Origin: Polyangiales bacterium | GTDB taxonomy: Bacteria; Myxococcota_A; Polyangia; Polyangiales; JADJQN01 | DNA: 64,000 bases | Assembly (NCBI GenBank): GCA_964202905.1 | Contig: CAXNJO010000007.1 | Location: 165,095 to 229,094, forward strand | Reading direction: 5' to 3' | Shown here: positions 40,378-51,167 of the stretch, piece after piece | Layout of the letters: every line of letters begins with the position of its first letter | How positions within the stretch are numbered: position 1 is the first letter of the stretch | Notes under the pieces: generated by a model | What the model was told of the DNA's origin: nothing | Seen by the model: the letters and a program-made list of their open reading frames with translations, nothing else | Database searches by the model: none | Made by a program: the position numbers and the translations under genes

Positions 40378-41712
40378 GTGGACCTACACCGCCCGAGCAG
40401 CGCACCCACCCCGCCCCCGCCCCCCGCCGAGATCGTCGCCGGACGATACGTCGTCGGGCGCGCCATCGCCCGCGGCGGCATGAGCATCGTCTACCAGGCC
40501 GAGCACCGCTACACCGGGCGCACGGTGGCGCTGAAGCTTCCGGACCCGGAGCTCGAGCAGGACTCCGAGCTCCGCGACCGCCTCCTGCTCGAGGCGCGCG
40601 CCCTCGAGCTCTCGCACCACGCGAACGTCGTGCAGATCCTCGACGCGGGCCTCGACGAGAAGAACCGCGCCTTCGTCGTGATGGAGATGCTCGACGGCCG
40701 CCCGCTCGACGGCATCCTCACCTCGCGCGGCCGGCTGCCCGTCGGCGATGTCGTGCGCATCGGCGCGAAGATCGCCGAGGGCCTCGCGGCTGCCCACCAG
40801 CGCGGCGTGATGCACCGCGACGTGAAGCCCAGCAACGTCTTCATCGTGCGCGACGACGCGGGCCGCGAGACGGTCAAGCTCATCGACTTCGGCATCGCCG
40901 CGCTGCGCGGGGCCTCGCGCGGGCCGACGAACCGCAAGCTCACGCAGCGCGACGCGGTGCTCGGTACGCCGGAGTACATGGCGCCCGAGCAGCTGCTCAT
41001 GCAGGACAACATCGACCATCGCTGCGACATCTACGCGCTCGCGGTGCTCCTCTACGAGTGCCTCACCGGCGACGTGCCCTTTCAGGGGAACTACGCCGAG
41101 GTGCTGATGAAATCGAGCACGCAGGCCCCCGCGCCCATCCACGCGACGCGCCGCGACGTGCCCTCGGAGTTGGCTGCGGTGATCGCGCGCGGCATGGCGC
41201 GCGACCCAGCGGCGCGCTGGCCGACGACGCTCGCCTTCGCGCGGGCGCTCGTGAAGTCCGTCGACCTGGCCGAGGGCACCTCCGCGCCGCTCCTCGACTC
41301 GGCGCGCGGCGTCGTGCCGCTCGCGGACGAAGACATCGAGCTCGTCGAGACGACCCCGCCGCCGCCCCTTTCCGTCGAGCAGCGCCGTCGTTTCGCGCGT
41401 GCATCGTTCACGACGCCGGTGCGCATCATGCAGTCGGACGGGACGATCGTGGACGGCCGCAGCGAGGACATCTCCGAGGGCGGGCTCCTCGTGCTGACGT
41501 CCCGCGCATGCACCCCGGACGACCGGGCGATGGTGCGCTTCGTTCCGCCGGGTGGCGCGAGCGTCGTCACGCTGCCCGTCGTGTTGCGCTGGTTGAAGGA
41601 TGGGCGCGGCCGCTCGGCCGCGGGCCTCGAGTTCGTCGATGCGCCCGAAGGGCTGAAGGCCACCATCCGCGCCTTCGTCGCCGCAGGCGGCCCGGCCGCG
41701 CACGTGGCCTGA
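40378..41712 (+). CDS. Ser/Thr protein kinase with C-terminal PilZ domain
   Basis: ARGGMS, VALK, HRDVKPSN, DFG, GTPEYMAPE; PilZ RRRFAR and DISEGG. Confidence 0.92.
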   Translation: MDLHRPSSAPTPPPPPAEIVAGRYVVGRAIARGGMSIVYQAEHRYTGRTVALKLPDPELEQDSELRDRLLLEARALELSHHANVVQILDAGLDEKNRAFVVMEMLDGRPLDGILTSRGRLPVGDVVRIGAKIAEGLAAAHQRGVMHRDVKPSNVFIVRDDAGRETVKLIDFGIAALRGASRGPTNRKLTQRDAVLGTPEYMAPEQLLMQDNIDHRCDIYALAVLLYECLTGDVPFQGNYAEVLMKSSTQAPAPIHATRRDVPSELAAVIARGMARDPAARWPTTLAFARALVKSVDLAEGTSAPLLDSARGVVPLADEDIELVETTPPPPLSVEQRRRFARASFTTPVRIMQSDGTIVDGRSEDISEGGLLVLTSRACTPDDRAMVRFVPPGGASVVTLPVVLRWLKDGRGRSAAGLEFVDAPEGLKATIRAFVAAGGPAAHVA

Positions 41713-41831
41713 CGGCGTCCACTACGTCGGCCGCTCGGGCGCCCGCGACGCCTCCGCGCCGGTCGTCGGCGTCGTCGGCGTCAGCGTGAGCGGGTGGTCG
41801 CGGTGGCGTGTGGGGCTCGCCGCCGCGCGGC

Positions 41832-43022
41832 TCAGCGCCCCGCGTCCGCGCCCGGGCGCGTGATGTCGAAGAGGCGCTCTGCGTTGCGGTGGTAGAGCTT
41901 CTCGAGCACGGCGCGCGGCAGGCCCACGCCGTCGATCGTCCAGTCGCCCTGGATCGGCGTCGGGCTCGGCAGGTGCGCCTCGTCCGTCTCGAACCAGCGC
42001 CAGTGCGCGAGGAAGAAGGCGGGCAGGTTCCCGGGCGGGTCGTGGTCCTCGCCGCGCGAGCCGAGCGTGAGACCGTCCGGCGTCACCGCGGTGTCGGAGC
42101 CGAAGAGCACGCGGTCCTGCCACTTCACGAAGAAGGCGCGCATCTCGGCCGCGGGGCGTCGACCGAGCTCGGGCACGCGGGCGGCGGTGTCGATGTGGTA
42201 GTGCGGCGCGCGCTCGAGCAGCGCGGCGACGCGTCGCGGGTCCTCGGCCGCGTTGCCGAAGTGCGCGCCGAGGAACTTCGTGCGCGGGTGGCGCAGGACG
42301 CGCCGCTCGAACTGCGCGTAGACCTGCTCCCAGCTCGGCCACGGGCGCCCCGGCGCGTACTCGCCGTGGAAGCTCCACTCGGGGTGCGCGGCGAGCTCGG
42401 CGTGGCGCTCGTTCTGCGGGCCGTCGGGCTGGAAGAACGCGACCGGGTCGCCGCTGTGGAGGAGCACGGGCAGCGAGAGGTCCGCGCAGCGCTCGAAGAC
42501 GGGGTTGAGGCGCGGGTCGTCGACCGCGAGCAGGCTGCCGTCGGAGAGGCGGATGCCGAGGCCGAGCGCCTTCGAGATCTTGAGTCCCCGCGCGCCGTGC
42601 TGCTTGCACGCCTCGAGCGTCTCGGCGACGTACGTCGGCCACTCGGGCGTCTCGACGCCGGCGAACGAGAGGTTGCAGTAGTAGAGCAGCCGGCCGCCAG
42701 TCTGCCCGGCCACCTCTTCGGAGAGCTCGAGGCCCTGTCCGGGGGCGCCGCCCGAGGCATTGAGCGCGACCTCGATGCCCTGCTCGCCGAACAGGCGCGC
42801 GGCGCGGTCCGCGAGGCGCGGCGCGACGTGGACGTGGACGTCGATCTTCGGGATGTCGGCGCCGACGCGCGGGGCGTCCGGGCCCTTCGCGCGGGGGCTC
42901 GGACGTGGGCCGCTCGGGGGCGCCCGCCACGCGAAGAACGCCGCCGCGACGGCCGCGAGGAGTACGAGCGCCCAAGGCAGGACACGTAGATAAGTACGCG
43001 AAATCGCTGTTGACCCCGACAT
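41832..43022 (-). CDS. Amidohydrolase_2 family protein with N-terminal signal/TM (start uncertain)
   Basis: IDVHVH, GARGLK, PVLLHSGDP, AHFGN, DRVLFGSD. Confidence 0.82.
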   Translation of the reverse strand: MSGSTAISRTYLRVLPWALVLLAAVAAAFFAWRAPPSGPRPSPRAKGPDAPRVGADIPKIDVHVHVAPRLADRAARLFGEQGIEVALNASGGAPGQGLELSEEVAGQTGGRLLYYCNLSFAGVETPEWPTYVAETLEACKQHGARGLKISKALGLGIRLSDGSLLAVDDPRLNPVFERCADLSLPVLLHSGDPVAFFQPDGPQNERHAELAAHPEWSFHGEYAPGRPWPSWEQVYAQFERRVLRHPRTKFLGAHFGNAAEDPRRVAALLERAPHYHIDTAARVPELGRRPAAEMRAFFVKWQDRVLFGSDTAVTPDGLTLGSRGEDHDPPGNLPAFFLAHWRWFETDEAHLPSPTPIQGDWTIDGVGLPRAVLEKLYHRNAERLFDITRPGADAGR

Positions 43023-43037
43023 CCGGCCGAATATACT
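43010..43037 (+). promoter_or_regulatory. Putative sigma70-type promoter of the IHF/HU gene
   Basis: TTGACC-N16-TATACT; GGAGG RBS before ATG 43066. Confidence 0.65.
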
Positions 43038-43065
43038 CGCCCCGGCGTCCTGTCGGGGAGGATTC

Positions 43066-43407
43066 ATGACGAAGTCGGAGCTGATCGACGCCGTCGCGCG
43101 CCGGAGCAAGATCACCAAGGCCCGCGCCGAGCAGGTCGTGAACTGCGTCTTCGACTCCATGACGACCGCCCTCGAGCGCGGTGAGGGCATCGAGATCCGC
43201 GGCTTCGGCAGCTTCACCGTCCGCGCCTACAAGCCCTACAACGGGCGCAACCCGCGCACCGGCAAGAGCGTCCCCGTCCCGGAGAAGCGGCTGCCCTTCT
43301 TCAAGGTCGGCAAGGAACTCAAGGAGCTCGTCAACGCGGGCACCGGCGCGATCGAGGCGGACGACGACGACGACGACGACCTCGACGCGTCGGGCGACGA
43401 CGAATGA
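43066..43407 (+). CDS. ihfB: Integration host factor beta / HU-family DNA-binding protein with acidic tail
   Basis: MTKSELI, IEIRGFGSF, GRNPRTG, PFFKVGKELKE. Confidence 0.85.
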   Translation: MTKSELIDAVARRSKITKARAEQVVNCVFDSMTTALERGEGIEIRGFGSFTVRAYKPYNGRNPRTGKSVPVPEKRLPFFKVGKELKELVNAGTGAIEADDDDDDDLDASGDDE

Positions 43408-43483
43408 GCCGCCCGCGCGCGGCGCGGACATCGACGAACGAGCCGCGCGCGTCGCGGACGCCCACCCCGACGGGCCATCCAGC

Positions 43484-44722
43484 GTGACCTTCCTCCCTGC
43501 CGAAGAACAGCTCGCGCTCCTCGAGCGCGGTGCGGTCGATCTTCACGTGCGCGCCGAGTTGCTCGCCCTGCTGCGGCAGGGGCGCCCGCTCAAGGTGAAG
43601 GCGGGCTTCGACCCGACGCGCCCCGACCTGCACCTCGGCCACACGGTGCTGATGAACAAGATGCGCCAGTTCCAGGAGCTGGGGCACGAGGTCATCTTCG
43701 TGGTCGGGGACTTCACCGCGCAGATCGGCGACCCGTCCGGCCGCAGCGCGACGCGCAAGGTGCCGACGCGCGCCGAGATCGAGCACGGCGCGAAGACGTA
43801 CGCCGAGCAGGCCTTCAAGATCCTCGACCCGGCCCGCACGCGCGTCGTCTACAACTCCGGCTGGCTCGGGCGGATGGGCTTCGACGACGTCATCCGGCTC
43901 GCCGGCCGTTACACGCTCGCGCGCATGATGGAGCGCGACGACTTCAAGAAGCGCTGGACGGAGCACGTCGGCATCTCGCTGCACGAGCTGCTCTATCCGC
44001 TCGCGCAGGCGCAGGACTCGGTCGAGCTCGACTGCGACATCGAGCTCGGCGGCACCGACCAGCTCTTCAATCTGCTCGTCGGCCGCGACATCATGCGCGA
44101 GCTCGGGATGCGGCCGCAGTGCGTGATGACCACGCCGATCCTCGAGGGCACGAGCGCGCGCGTCGAAGGCGGCAAGCTCGTCGGCGACAAGATGTCGAAA
44201 TCACTCGATAATTACGTGGGTGTCGCCGAAGCGCCCGCGATGCAGCTCGGCAAGCTGATGAGCGTCTCGGACGACCTCATGTGGCGCTACTACGAGCTGC
44301 TCTCGACGCGCAGCGTCGCGGAGATCAAGCAGCTGCGCGCCGACTGCGCGGCGGGCAGCGCGAGCCCGAAGGCCGCGAAGATGGCGCTCGCCCGGGAGAT
44401 CGTCGCCCGTTACCACGGCGAGGCCGAGGCCGAGGCCGCCGGCGAGGGCTGGGAGCGCCAGTTCAGCCGCCGCGAGGTGCCGACCGAGCTCCCCGAGGTG
44501 ACGCTCGACGCGGCCGAGGGCGAGGGCGGCGTGCCGCTGCCGCGCGCGCTCGTCGGCGCGGGTCTCTGCAAAAGCACGAGCGACGCGCGGCGGCTCATCC
44601 AGGCGGGCGCGGTGGACGTCGACGGTGAGCGCGCGGCGGGCATCGACGCGAAGCTTGCGGCGGGCGCGCGCTACGTCGTGAAGGCGGGCAAGCGCAGCTG
44701 GGCGGCCATCACCGTCCGCTGA
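43484..44722 (+). CDS. tyrS: Tyrosine--tRNA ligase
   Basis: GFDPTRPDLHLGH, ELGGTDQLFN, KMSKS, C-terminal S4 domain. Confidence 0.96.
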   Translation: MTFLPAEEQLALLERGAVDLHVRAELLALLRQGRPLKVKAGFDPTRPDLHLGHTVLMNKMRQFQELGHEVIFVVGDFTAQIGDPSGRSATRKVPTRAEIEHGAKTYAEQAFKILDPARTRVVYNSGWLGRMGFDDVIRLAGRYTLARMMERDDFKKRWTEHVGISLHELLYPLAQAQDSVELDCDIELGGTDQLFNLLVGRDIMRELGMRPQCVMTTPILEGTSARVEGGKLVGDKMSKSLDNYVGVAEAPAMQLGKLMSVSDDLMWRYYELLSTRSVAEIKQLRADCAAGSASPKAAKMALAREIVARYHGEAEAEAAGEGWERQFSRREVPTELPEVTLDAAEGEGGVPLPRALVGAGLCKSTSDARRLIQAGAVDVDGERAAGIDAKLAAGARYVVKAGKRSWAAITVR

Positions 44723-44834
44723 CACGGCGCGCTCGTCGGCGCGTCACGGGAGGACGTGGCGACGGCGCTCCCAGGCGGCGCGCGACATCGCCTCCGCGAT
44801 GGGCGCGCAGTGGCAAGCGGAAGCGTGGCGACGC

Positions 44835-46085
44835 TCAGCGTCGCGTGACGTGCGCCGGGTCGGGGAGGCGCTCGAGGGTCGTAGCGCCGCCCGGGTCGTC
44901 GAGCAGGTAGACCGCGAAGAACGCGGCGGCGACGTCGGCTGCGAGGTCGCGCGCCGCGGCGTTCTCGAGGTACGCGAACGACTCGCCCGGGACCGTCTGG
45001 CGCACGCCCTCGCCGCAGCCAGCGAGGAAGTTCGTGCCGCCGAGGCCGGCGATGTCGGAGAACGACCAGTGCCCGGCGTCGTCGACCTCGACGAGCCACG
45101 CGGGGCCGGCGAGGCGCCGAAAATCGTTGCGCATCACCATGTTGCCGGCCTCGGTGATGCTGTTGTCTTCGCGCGCGAGGAGCAGGAGGTACGGCGTCTC
45201 GACGCGCGTCGGGCGCGTCCCCGAGATCAGCGAGATCGGCGCCGCGATCGAGAGCGCGGCGACGAAGCGCGGGTCTTCGGCGACGACCGCGCCCGTGGTG
45301 ATGCCGCCGAAGCTGTGCCCCATCACGCCGGCGCGGAGCGGGTCGAGGCGGCCGCGCAGGTCGTCGGGCACCTCCGTCGCGCCCGCGTCGAGCAGGCGAT
45401 CGAGCACGCGCCGCACGTCGCGCACGCGCACGGCGAGAAAGGCGCTGCCGACGTCTGCGGCGACGCCGGCCTCGAGATCCCACAGCGTGTTGCCCTCGTG
45501 ATCCGGCGCCGCGACGACGACGCCGTGCGACGCGAGCCGCTCGGCGACCTCGGCGACGTCGAAGCGCGTGCAGACGTGGCAGTGCGAGAAGACGACGACG
45601 GGCCAGGCGGCGCTGCGCGTCGCGGCGGCGGGCGCCGACGCGGAGGCGGTGCCGGTGCGGACGCACGACGGCTCGGAGGCGGCGACGAGGGCGGCCAGGC
45701 GTGCTTCGTGCGGCGTGCCGCGCTCGAAGTCGGCCAGGGGCTGGCCGGTCGTCGCGGCGGCGCGCGCGGACGCGTCCGCCGGGTACCAGAGCTCGACGGG
45801 GAGGGGGCGAGTGCCGCTGCCGTCGTCCATCACGACGCGGCGATTGCCGACGGGGAAGGGGCCGGGGACGCCGTAGTCCGCGCGGGGTTCGGGCGGCGGT
45901 CCGGCGTCGAGCGCGCCCGCGTCGAGGCCGGCGTCGGTCGCGCCGTCGCGCGGGGGGGCGGCGTCGGGCGGTCCGGTGTCGTCGTCGCCGCAGGCGCCGA
46001 GGGACGCGGCGAGCGCGAAGGCCACGAGCAGGGACGCAGGGCGGACGCGGGGCGCGGTGGGCGGAGGGAACGCTTCGACGTGCAT
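44835..46085 (-). CDS. Alpha/beta-hydrolase lipoprotein (PAF-AH/chlorophyllase-like)
   Basis: Lipobox LGAC; PGPFPVG, VELWYPA, GHSFGG nucleophile elbow, AGHWSFSD. Confidence 0.87.
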   Translation of the reverse strand: MHVEAFPPPTAPRVRPASLLVAFALAASLGACGDDDTGPPDAAPPRDGATDAGLDAGALDAGPPPEPRADYGVPGPFPVGNRRVVMDDGSGTRPLPVELWYPADASARAAATTGQPLADFERGTPHEARLAALVAASEPSCVRTGTASASAPAAATRSAAWPVVVFSHCHVCTRFDVAEVAERLASHGVVVAAPDHEGNTLWDLEAGVAADVGSAFLAVRVRDVRRVLDRLLDAGATEVPDDLRGRLDPLRAGVMGHSFGGITTGAVVAEDPRFVAALSIAAPISLISGTRPTRVETPYLLLLAREDNSITEAGNMVMRNDFRRLAGPAWLVEVDDAGHWSFSDIAGLGGTNFLAGCGEGVRQTVPGESFAYLENAAARDLAADVAAAFFAVYLLDDPGGATTLERLPDPAHVTRR

Positions 46086-46311
46086 GGTGGGGCCTCTGCG
46101 TCGCGGCGTGCGCGACGGCGCGTCCGACGATAACCGCTCTCGGCGCGCGCCGGTCGGTCTTTGCTTTCCGCGCGCGGGCCCTCAGCGCTGGGCCGCGCGT
46201 GCGGGGCCTCGCGCCCGATTGGGGGGCACGCGCATCTCGACGCAACTCGTCACGCCCTCCGCTCCGCGCTCGCGCTGCGGCGCGCACCCGTGCTCGCCGC
46301 GCGCGAGCCCA

Positions 46312-46449
46312 ACGCCGGACCGCCGCCCGAATCCCGCGCGGACTACGGTGCGCCCCGGCCCCTTCCCCATCGGCAACGGCCGCGTCCCGATGGACGACGG
46401 CAGCGGCACCCGCCCCTTCCCCGTCGAGCTCTGGGACCCCGCGGCCGCG
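46312..46449 (+). repeat. Inverted degenerate copy (~90% identity) of hydrolase segment 45771-45907
   Basis: Manual alignment: about 13 mismatches and 1 indel over ~138 bp. Confidence 0.88.
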
Positions 46450-46494
46450 GATCTTCGTTCCCGCGCTGCGCGGCTTCCCGTACCATGCGCGCCC

Positions 46495-48123
46495 ATGACG
46501 ACAGCCGACGCAGCGGCGGGGGCCAAGGCCCTCGTCGTCGGAGTCCCGAAGGAGATCTATCCGGGTGAGCGGCGCGTGGCCGCGTCGCCCGCGACCGTCG
46601 AGCGGCTCTGCAAGCGCGGGCTCGAGGTCGTCGTCGAGAGCGGCGCCGGCGCGGCCGCGGGCCTGCAGGATGCGGCGTTCGCCGAGGCGGGCGCGCGCAT
46701 CGTCGACTCGGCCGACGACGTCTACGCGCAGGCGGACGTCGTCACCAAGGTGCGCGCACCGATGGAGGATGCGGCGCGCGGCCGCCACGAGGCGGACCTG
46801 CTGCGCGAGGGCCAGACGCTCGTGAGCTTCTTCTGGCCCGCGCAGAACCCGGACCTCGTCGCGCGGATCGTCGCGCGCAAGGCCACGGTCCTCGCGATGG
46901 ACGCGGTGCCGCGCATCACCCGCGCGCAGAAGCTCGACGCGCTCTCGGCGATGGCGAACATCGTCGGCTACCGCGCGGTCGTCGAGGCCGCGAGCCACTA
47001 CGGGCGTTTCCTCGGCGGTCAGACGACGGCCGCGGGGCGCGTGCGTCCGGCCACGGTGTTCGTCGTCGGCGCGGGCGTCGCGGGGCTCGCCGCGGTCGCG
47101 GCCGCGCGCTCGCTCGGCGCGATCGTGCGCGCGTTCGACACGCGGCCGGTGGTGCGCGAGCAGGTCGAGTCGCTCGGCGCGGAGTTCGTGCCCTTCGACT
47201 TCGCGGGCGAGACGGGCGAAGGCACCGGCGGCTACGCGAAGGAGGTCAGCGACGCGTACCTGCACGCCGAGCAGCAGCTGCTCGCGAAGGAGTGCGAGCG
47301 CGCCGACATCGTGATCACGACCGCGCTCATCCCCGGGAAGCCCGCGCCGAAACTCGTCACCTCCGGCGCCGTCGTCTCGATGCGCGCGGGTTCGGTCATC
47401 GTCGACCTCGCGGCGGAGCAGGGCGGCAACTGCGCGCTCACCGAGCGCGACGCCATCGTCGAGAAGCACGGCGTGACCATCGTCGGCCGCACCGACTTCG
47501 CGAGCCGCATGGCGCTCATGGCGAGCGAGCTCTACGCGACGACGGTGCTCAACCTCCTCGAGGAGGTGCTCGGCAAGGGCACGACGTGGAAGCTCGATCG
47601 CGAGGACGAGGTCCAGCGCGGGATGCTCGTCACCGAGGGCGGCGAGCTGCTCTGGCCGCCGCCGCGTCCGACGGTTCGTGCCGGCGCGCCCACGCCGCCT
47701 CCGCCCGCGAAGAAGCCCGCGTCGCGCGGCGGACACGGCGCGGCGCCCGCGGCCCCTGCGTCGCCCTGGCCCGCGGCGATCGGCGCGACCCTCGGGATCG
47801 CGCTGCTCATCCCCATCGGCCTCTTCGCGCCGCCCGCGCTCGTGCAGCACCTCACGGTGTTTCTGCTCGCGTGCGTCGTCGGGTGGCACGTCGTGTGGAA
47901 CGTGACGCCCGCGCTGCACACGCCGCTCATGAGCGTCACCAACGCCATCAGCGGGATCATCCTGATCGGCGGCCTCCTGCTCGCGCGCGGCGGTCGCGAC
48001 GCGGAAGGAGGCGGCCTCTCCGCGACGGTCATGCTCGGGGCCGTCGCCGTGTTGCTCGCGGCGATCAACGTCGCGGGCGGCTTTCTCGTCACGCAGCGCA
48101 TGCTGAGGATGTTCCGCCGATGA
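46495..48123 (+). CDS. pntA: NAD(P) transhydrogenase subunit alpha (fused form)
   Basis: GVPKE...[43 protein letters not shown]. Confidence 0.95.
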   Translation: MTTADAAAGAKALVVGVPKEIYPGERRVAASPATVERLCKRGLEVVVESGAGAAAGLQDAAFAEAGARIVDSADDVYAQADVVTKVRAPMEDAARGRHEADLLREGQTLVSFFWPAQNPDLVARIVARKATVLAMDAVPRITRAQKLDALSAMANIVGYRAVVEAASHYGRFLGGQTTAAGRVRPATVFVVGAGVAGLAAVAAARSLGAIVRAFDTRPVVREQVESLGAEFVPFDFAGETGEGTGGYAKEVSDAYLHAEQQLLAKECERADIVITTALIPGKPAPKLVTSGAVVSMRAGSVIVDLAAEQGGNCALTERDAIVEKHGVTIVGRTDFASRMALMASELYATTVLNLLEEVLGKGTTWKLDREDEVQRGMLVTEGGELLWPPPRPTVRAGAPTPPPPAKKPASRGGHGAAPAAPASPWPAAIGATLGIALLIPIGLFAPPALVQHLTVFLLACVVGWHVVWNVTPALHTPLMSVTNAISGIILIGGLLLARGGRDAEGGGLSATVMLGAVAVLLAAINVAGGFLVTQRMLRMFRR

Positions 48124-49558
48124 CCGCCAGCTTCGCGAACGTCGCCTACCTCCTCGCGAGCCTCCTCTTCGTGCTCTCGCTTCGCGGCCTCTCCACGCAG
48201 GAGAGCGCGCGGCGCGGCAACACGCTCGGCGTGCTCGGCATGATCCTCGCGGCTGGCGTGACGGTCACCGCGCTGCTCTCGCCGGGCGCGGACGGGCACG
48301 CCCCGGCGACGCCGCTCGCGCTCACCGTGCTCGGCGCAGCGATGGGCGTCGGTGCGCTCGTCGGCGCGGTGCTCGCCGCGCGCGTCGCGATGACGTCGAT
48401 GCCCGAGCTCGTCGCGGTGCTGCACAGCTTCGTCGGCGCGGCCGCGGCGCTCGTCGGCATCGGCAGCGAACTCGAGGCGCCCGCGATGGGCGTCGAGCTC
48501 GACGTCGCGCACCAGATCGAGATTTACGTCGGCGTGTGGGTCGGCGCGATCACGTTCACGGGCTCGATCGTCGCCTTCCTCAAGCTGCGCGGGACGATCG
48601 GCAGCAAGCCGCTGGTCATCCCGGGTCGGCACGCGCTCAACGCGCTCATGGTGCTGGCGTGCGTCGCGCTCGGCGTGATGGGCTTCGGCGCGACGGGCGA
48701 CGCGCCCGTGCTTCACCTGCTCGGCGTCACCGCCATCGCGTGCGTGCTCGGCGCGCACCTCGTGCTCGCGATCGGCGGCGGCGACATGCCCGTCGTCGTC
48801 TCGCTCCTCAACAGCTACTCGGGATGGGCCGCGTCGGCCGCGGGCTTCATGCTCGGCAACGATCTGCTGATCGTCACGGGCGCGCTCGTCGGGAGTTCGG
48901 GCGCGATCCTCAGCTACATCATGTGCAAGGCGATGAACCGTTCCATCTGGAACGTCGTCTTCGCGGGCTTCGGGGAGGGCGCGGGCGTGAAGCCCGCGGC
49001 GAAGGCCGACGGCCCCGCGCGCACCGTGCAGGAGGCGACCGTCGCGTCGACGGCCGAGCTGCTGCTCGCGGCCAAGAGCGTCATCGTCGTGCCCGGCTAC
49101 GGCATGGCCGTCGCGCAGGCGCAGCACCCGGTGAAGGAGATCACCTCGCTCCTCGAGAAGCGCGGGACCCGCGTGCGCTACGCGATCCATCCCGTCGCCG
49201 GGCGCCTGCCGGGCCACATGAACGTGCTGCTCGCCGAGGCCAACGTCTCCTACGAAATCGTGCAGGAGATGGAAGAGATCAACGACGACTTCGCCTCGAC
49301 GGATGTGGTCGTCGTCATCGGCGCGAACGACATCGTGAACCCGGGCGCGCTCGACGACCGAGACCAGCCCCATCTACGGCATGCCCGTGCTCGAGGCGTG
49401 GCACGCGAAGCGCGTCGTGATGCTCAAGCGCGGCATGGCCGCGGGTTATGCCGGGTGTCGACAACCCGCTCTGCTACCTCGACAACACGCTCATGCTCTT
49501 CGGCGACGCCAAGCAGAGCGTGCTGAAGCTGCTCGCCGCGTTGCAGTCCGCGGACTGA
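48120..49558 (+). CDS. pntB: NAD(P) transhydrogenase subunit beta; two apparent +1 frameshifts (~49359, ~49455)
   Basis: [48 protein letters not shown]; corrected end [10 protein letters not shown]...GYAGVDNPL...MLFGDAK, stop at 49556-49558. Confidence 0.92.
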
Positions 49559-49652
49559 GGCGCGATGCGCGCTCCGCCCTGCGGGGCGGGCTGCCTTCAC
49601 GGCCCGATGGGTCGCGCGCGGGGCAGGAACCCCGTGCGTGCGCGGGCCGCCT

Positions 49653-50318
49653 TCACGCCGAGAGGGCCTCGGGGCGCGCGGGGCACATCGAGGGGGGCCG
49701 GACGCTGCGCGGCGCGCGCTGCGTTTCGGCGTATTGGCTCGGCGTGTAGCCGAGCAGCCGGCGGAAGAGCCGCGTGAGGTGGCTCGAGTCGGAGAAACCC
49801 GCGCGCAGCGCGACCACCGCGCAGGGCAGGCCGTCGGCAAGCATCCGGCGCGCCTCGGACACGCGCAGCAGTTGCAGGTACGAGTGCGGCGGCACGCCGA
49901 CCCACGCGTGGAACGTGCGGACGAGGTGCCCCTCGCTGACGCCGCCGAGCGCGGCGAGGTCCTGCAGGCTCAGGCGGCTGCTCGAGTGGCCCTCGAGGTG
50001 CTCGCGGACACGCGCGACGCACGCGGGCTCCGGACGTTCGGGCCCCGACGCGGGCGGCTGCGCGAGCGCCGCGCCGAGGAGCGCGAGGGCCTCCTCGTGT
50101 TCCCGCGTGCGGAGGTCCGCGGCGAGGCCGGCCGCGACGAGGGTGACCGCGCGGGCCAGGTCGCGCCCAGAGGCCCGCGCGCCGGGGATGCCGTCGCTGT
50201 CGCGGTCCACGGTGGGCGGCGGCGTGGCGAAGGCGAGATCGACGCACGGAAGGGGGGCGCGAGCCCCCGCGACACGGGCAGCGGCCGGGTGGACGAGGGT
50301 CCATCCGGCCGTTCGCAC
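49653..50318 (-). CDS. AraC-family transcriptional regulator (short or degenerate N-terminus)
   Basis: [21 protein letters not shown]...GVPPHSY...[24 protein letters not shown]. Confidence 0.75.
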   Translation of the reverse strand: MRTAGWTLVHPAAARVAGARAPLPCVDLAFATPPPTVDRDSDGIPGARASGRDLARAVTLVAAGLAADLRTREHEEALALLGAALAQPPASGPERPEPACVARVREHLEGHSSSRLSLQDLAALGGVSEGHLVRTFHAWVGVPPHSYLQLLRVSEARRMLADGLPCAVVALRAGFSDSSHLTRLFRRLLGYTPSQYAETQRAPRSVRPPSMCPARPEALSA

Positions 50319-50413
50319 GTCCGTCGTCGGCCGGGCGGGCGAGGACCCCTCCGGCCTTTCACGCGTGCGTCACACCGGCCGATCCACGGGGCATGTGTCG
50401 ATCGCGGGCCGCG

Positions 50414-50430
50414 CGAGAATCCGATTCTCG
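50414..50430. promoter_or_regulatory. Palindromic operator candidate CGAGAATC-C-GATTCTCG
   Basis: Perfect 8-1-8 palindrome between the divergent araC-like and CBS genes; same core at 51721. Confidence 0.6.
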
Positions 50431-50529
50431 ATACCGATGCGAGGCATTCGCGGAATCCTTCGCATGGTGCGGTGTGCGTCGGTGTCTACCTGCAACGGGC
50501 CGACACGTGTCGGTTCAAGGAGACACGCC

Positions 50530-51006
50530 ATGCGCATCGAAGACGTGATGACCCGTAACCCCTCCTCCTGCAGTCCCGAGGCGAGCGCTGCCGACGCCGC
50601 CCGGATCATGTGGGAGCGCGACTGCGGCTTCGTGCCGGTGATCGACGAGCACCGCATCCCCATCGGCGTCGTCACCGACCGCGACCTCTGCATGGCGGCC
50701 TACACGCGCGGTAAACCGCTGCACGAGATCCCGGTACGCTCGGTGATGTCCACGTACGTGCGCACGTGCGCGCGGGGCGCGTCGGTCGGCAGCGTCGAGG
50801 AACTCATGGCCGAGGTCCAGATCCGCCGCGTGCCGGTCGTCGACGACGCCGGGACGCTCGTCGGCATCGTGGCGCTCAGCGACCTCGCGCGCGGCCGCAA
50901 CCGCACCGCGAAGGACCGCGTCTCCGAGCACATCTTCGCGGACGTCGCGAAGACGCTCGCCGCGATCACGGGGCCGCACATCGCTCCCACCATCTCGGCC
51001 GAGTGA
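50530..51006 (+). CDS. CBS-domain protein
   Basis: AGGAG RBS; DVMT, MWERDCGFVPV, GVVTDRD, QIRRVPVVD, GIVALSD. Confidence 0.92.
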   Translation: MRIEDVMTRNPSSCSPEASAADAARIMWERDCGFVPVIDEHRIPIGVVTDRDLCMAAYTRGKPLHEIPVRSVMSTYVRTCARGASVGSVEELMAEVQIRRVPVVDDAGTLVGIVALSDLARGRNRTAKDRVSEHIFADVAKTLAAITGPHIAPTISAE

Positions 51007-51167
51007 CCGCCTCGCGCGTGCGGGGCGCCCATCGGCCCCGCGCGCGCGGTCACGTCGACGCCACGCGACGCAGCGAAACGCGACGGACCGCGAAGCGGGG
51101 GCCGGACGCCACCCGTGCGTCCGACCCCCGTCGCTCCAACCTCCCGCGCCGAGGCGCGGTATCCAGC

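Noticed and set aside
45976..46494. Long N-terminal extension of PntA in the ORF track
   Set aside because: It is antisense hydrolase sequence plus the duplicated fragment; PntA homology starts after ATG 46495.
49350..49460. Programmed frameshifting in pntB and other split genes
   Set aside because: No slippery heptamers or consistent stimulators; scattered indels in unrelated genes fit sequencing error.
50440..50520. sigma-54 promoter upstream of the CBS gene (also checked for hsp20)
   Set aside because: No convincing TGGCAC-N5-TTGC-like element with correct GG-N10-GC spacing found by eye.
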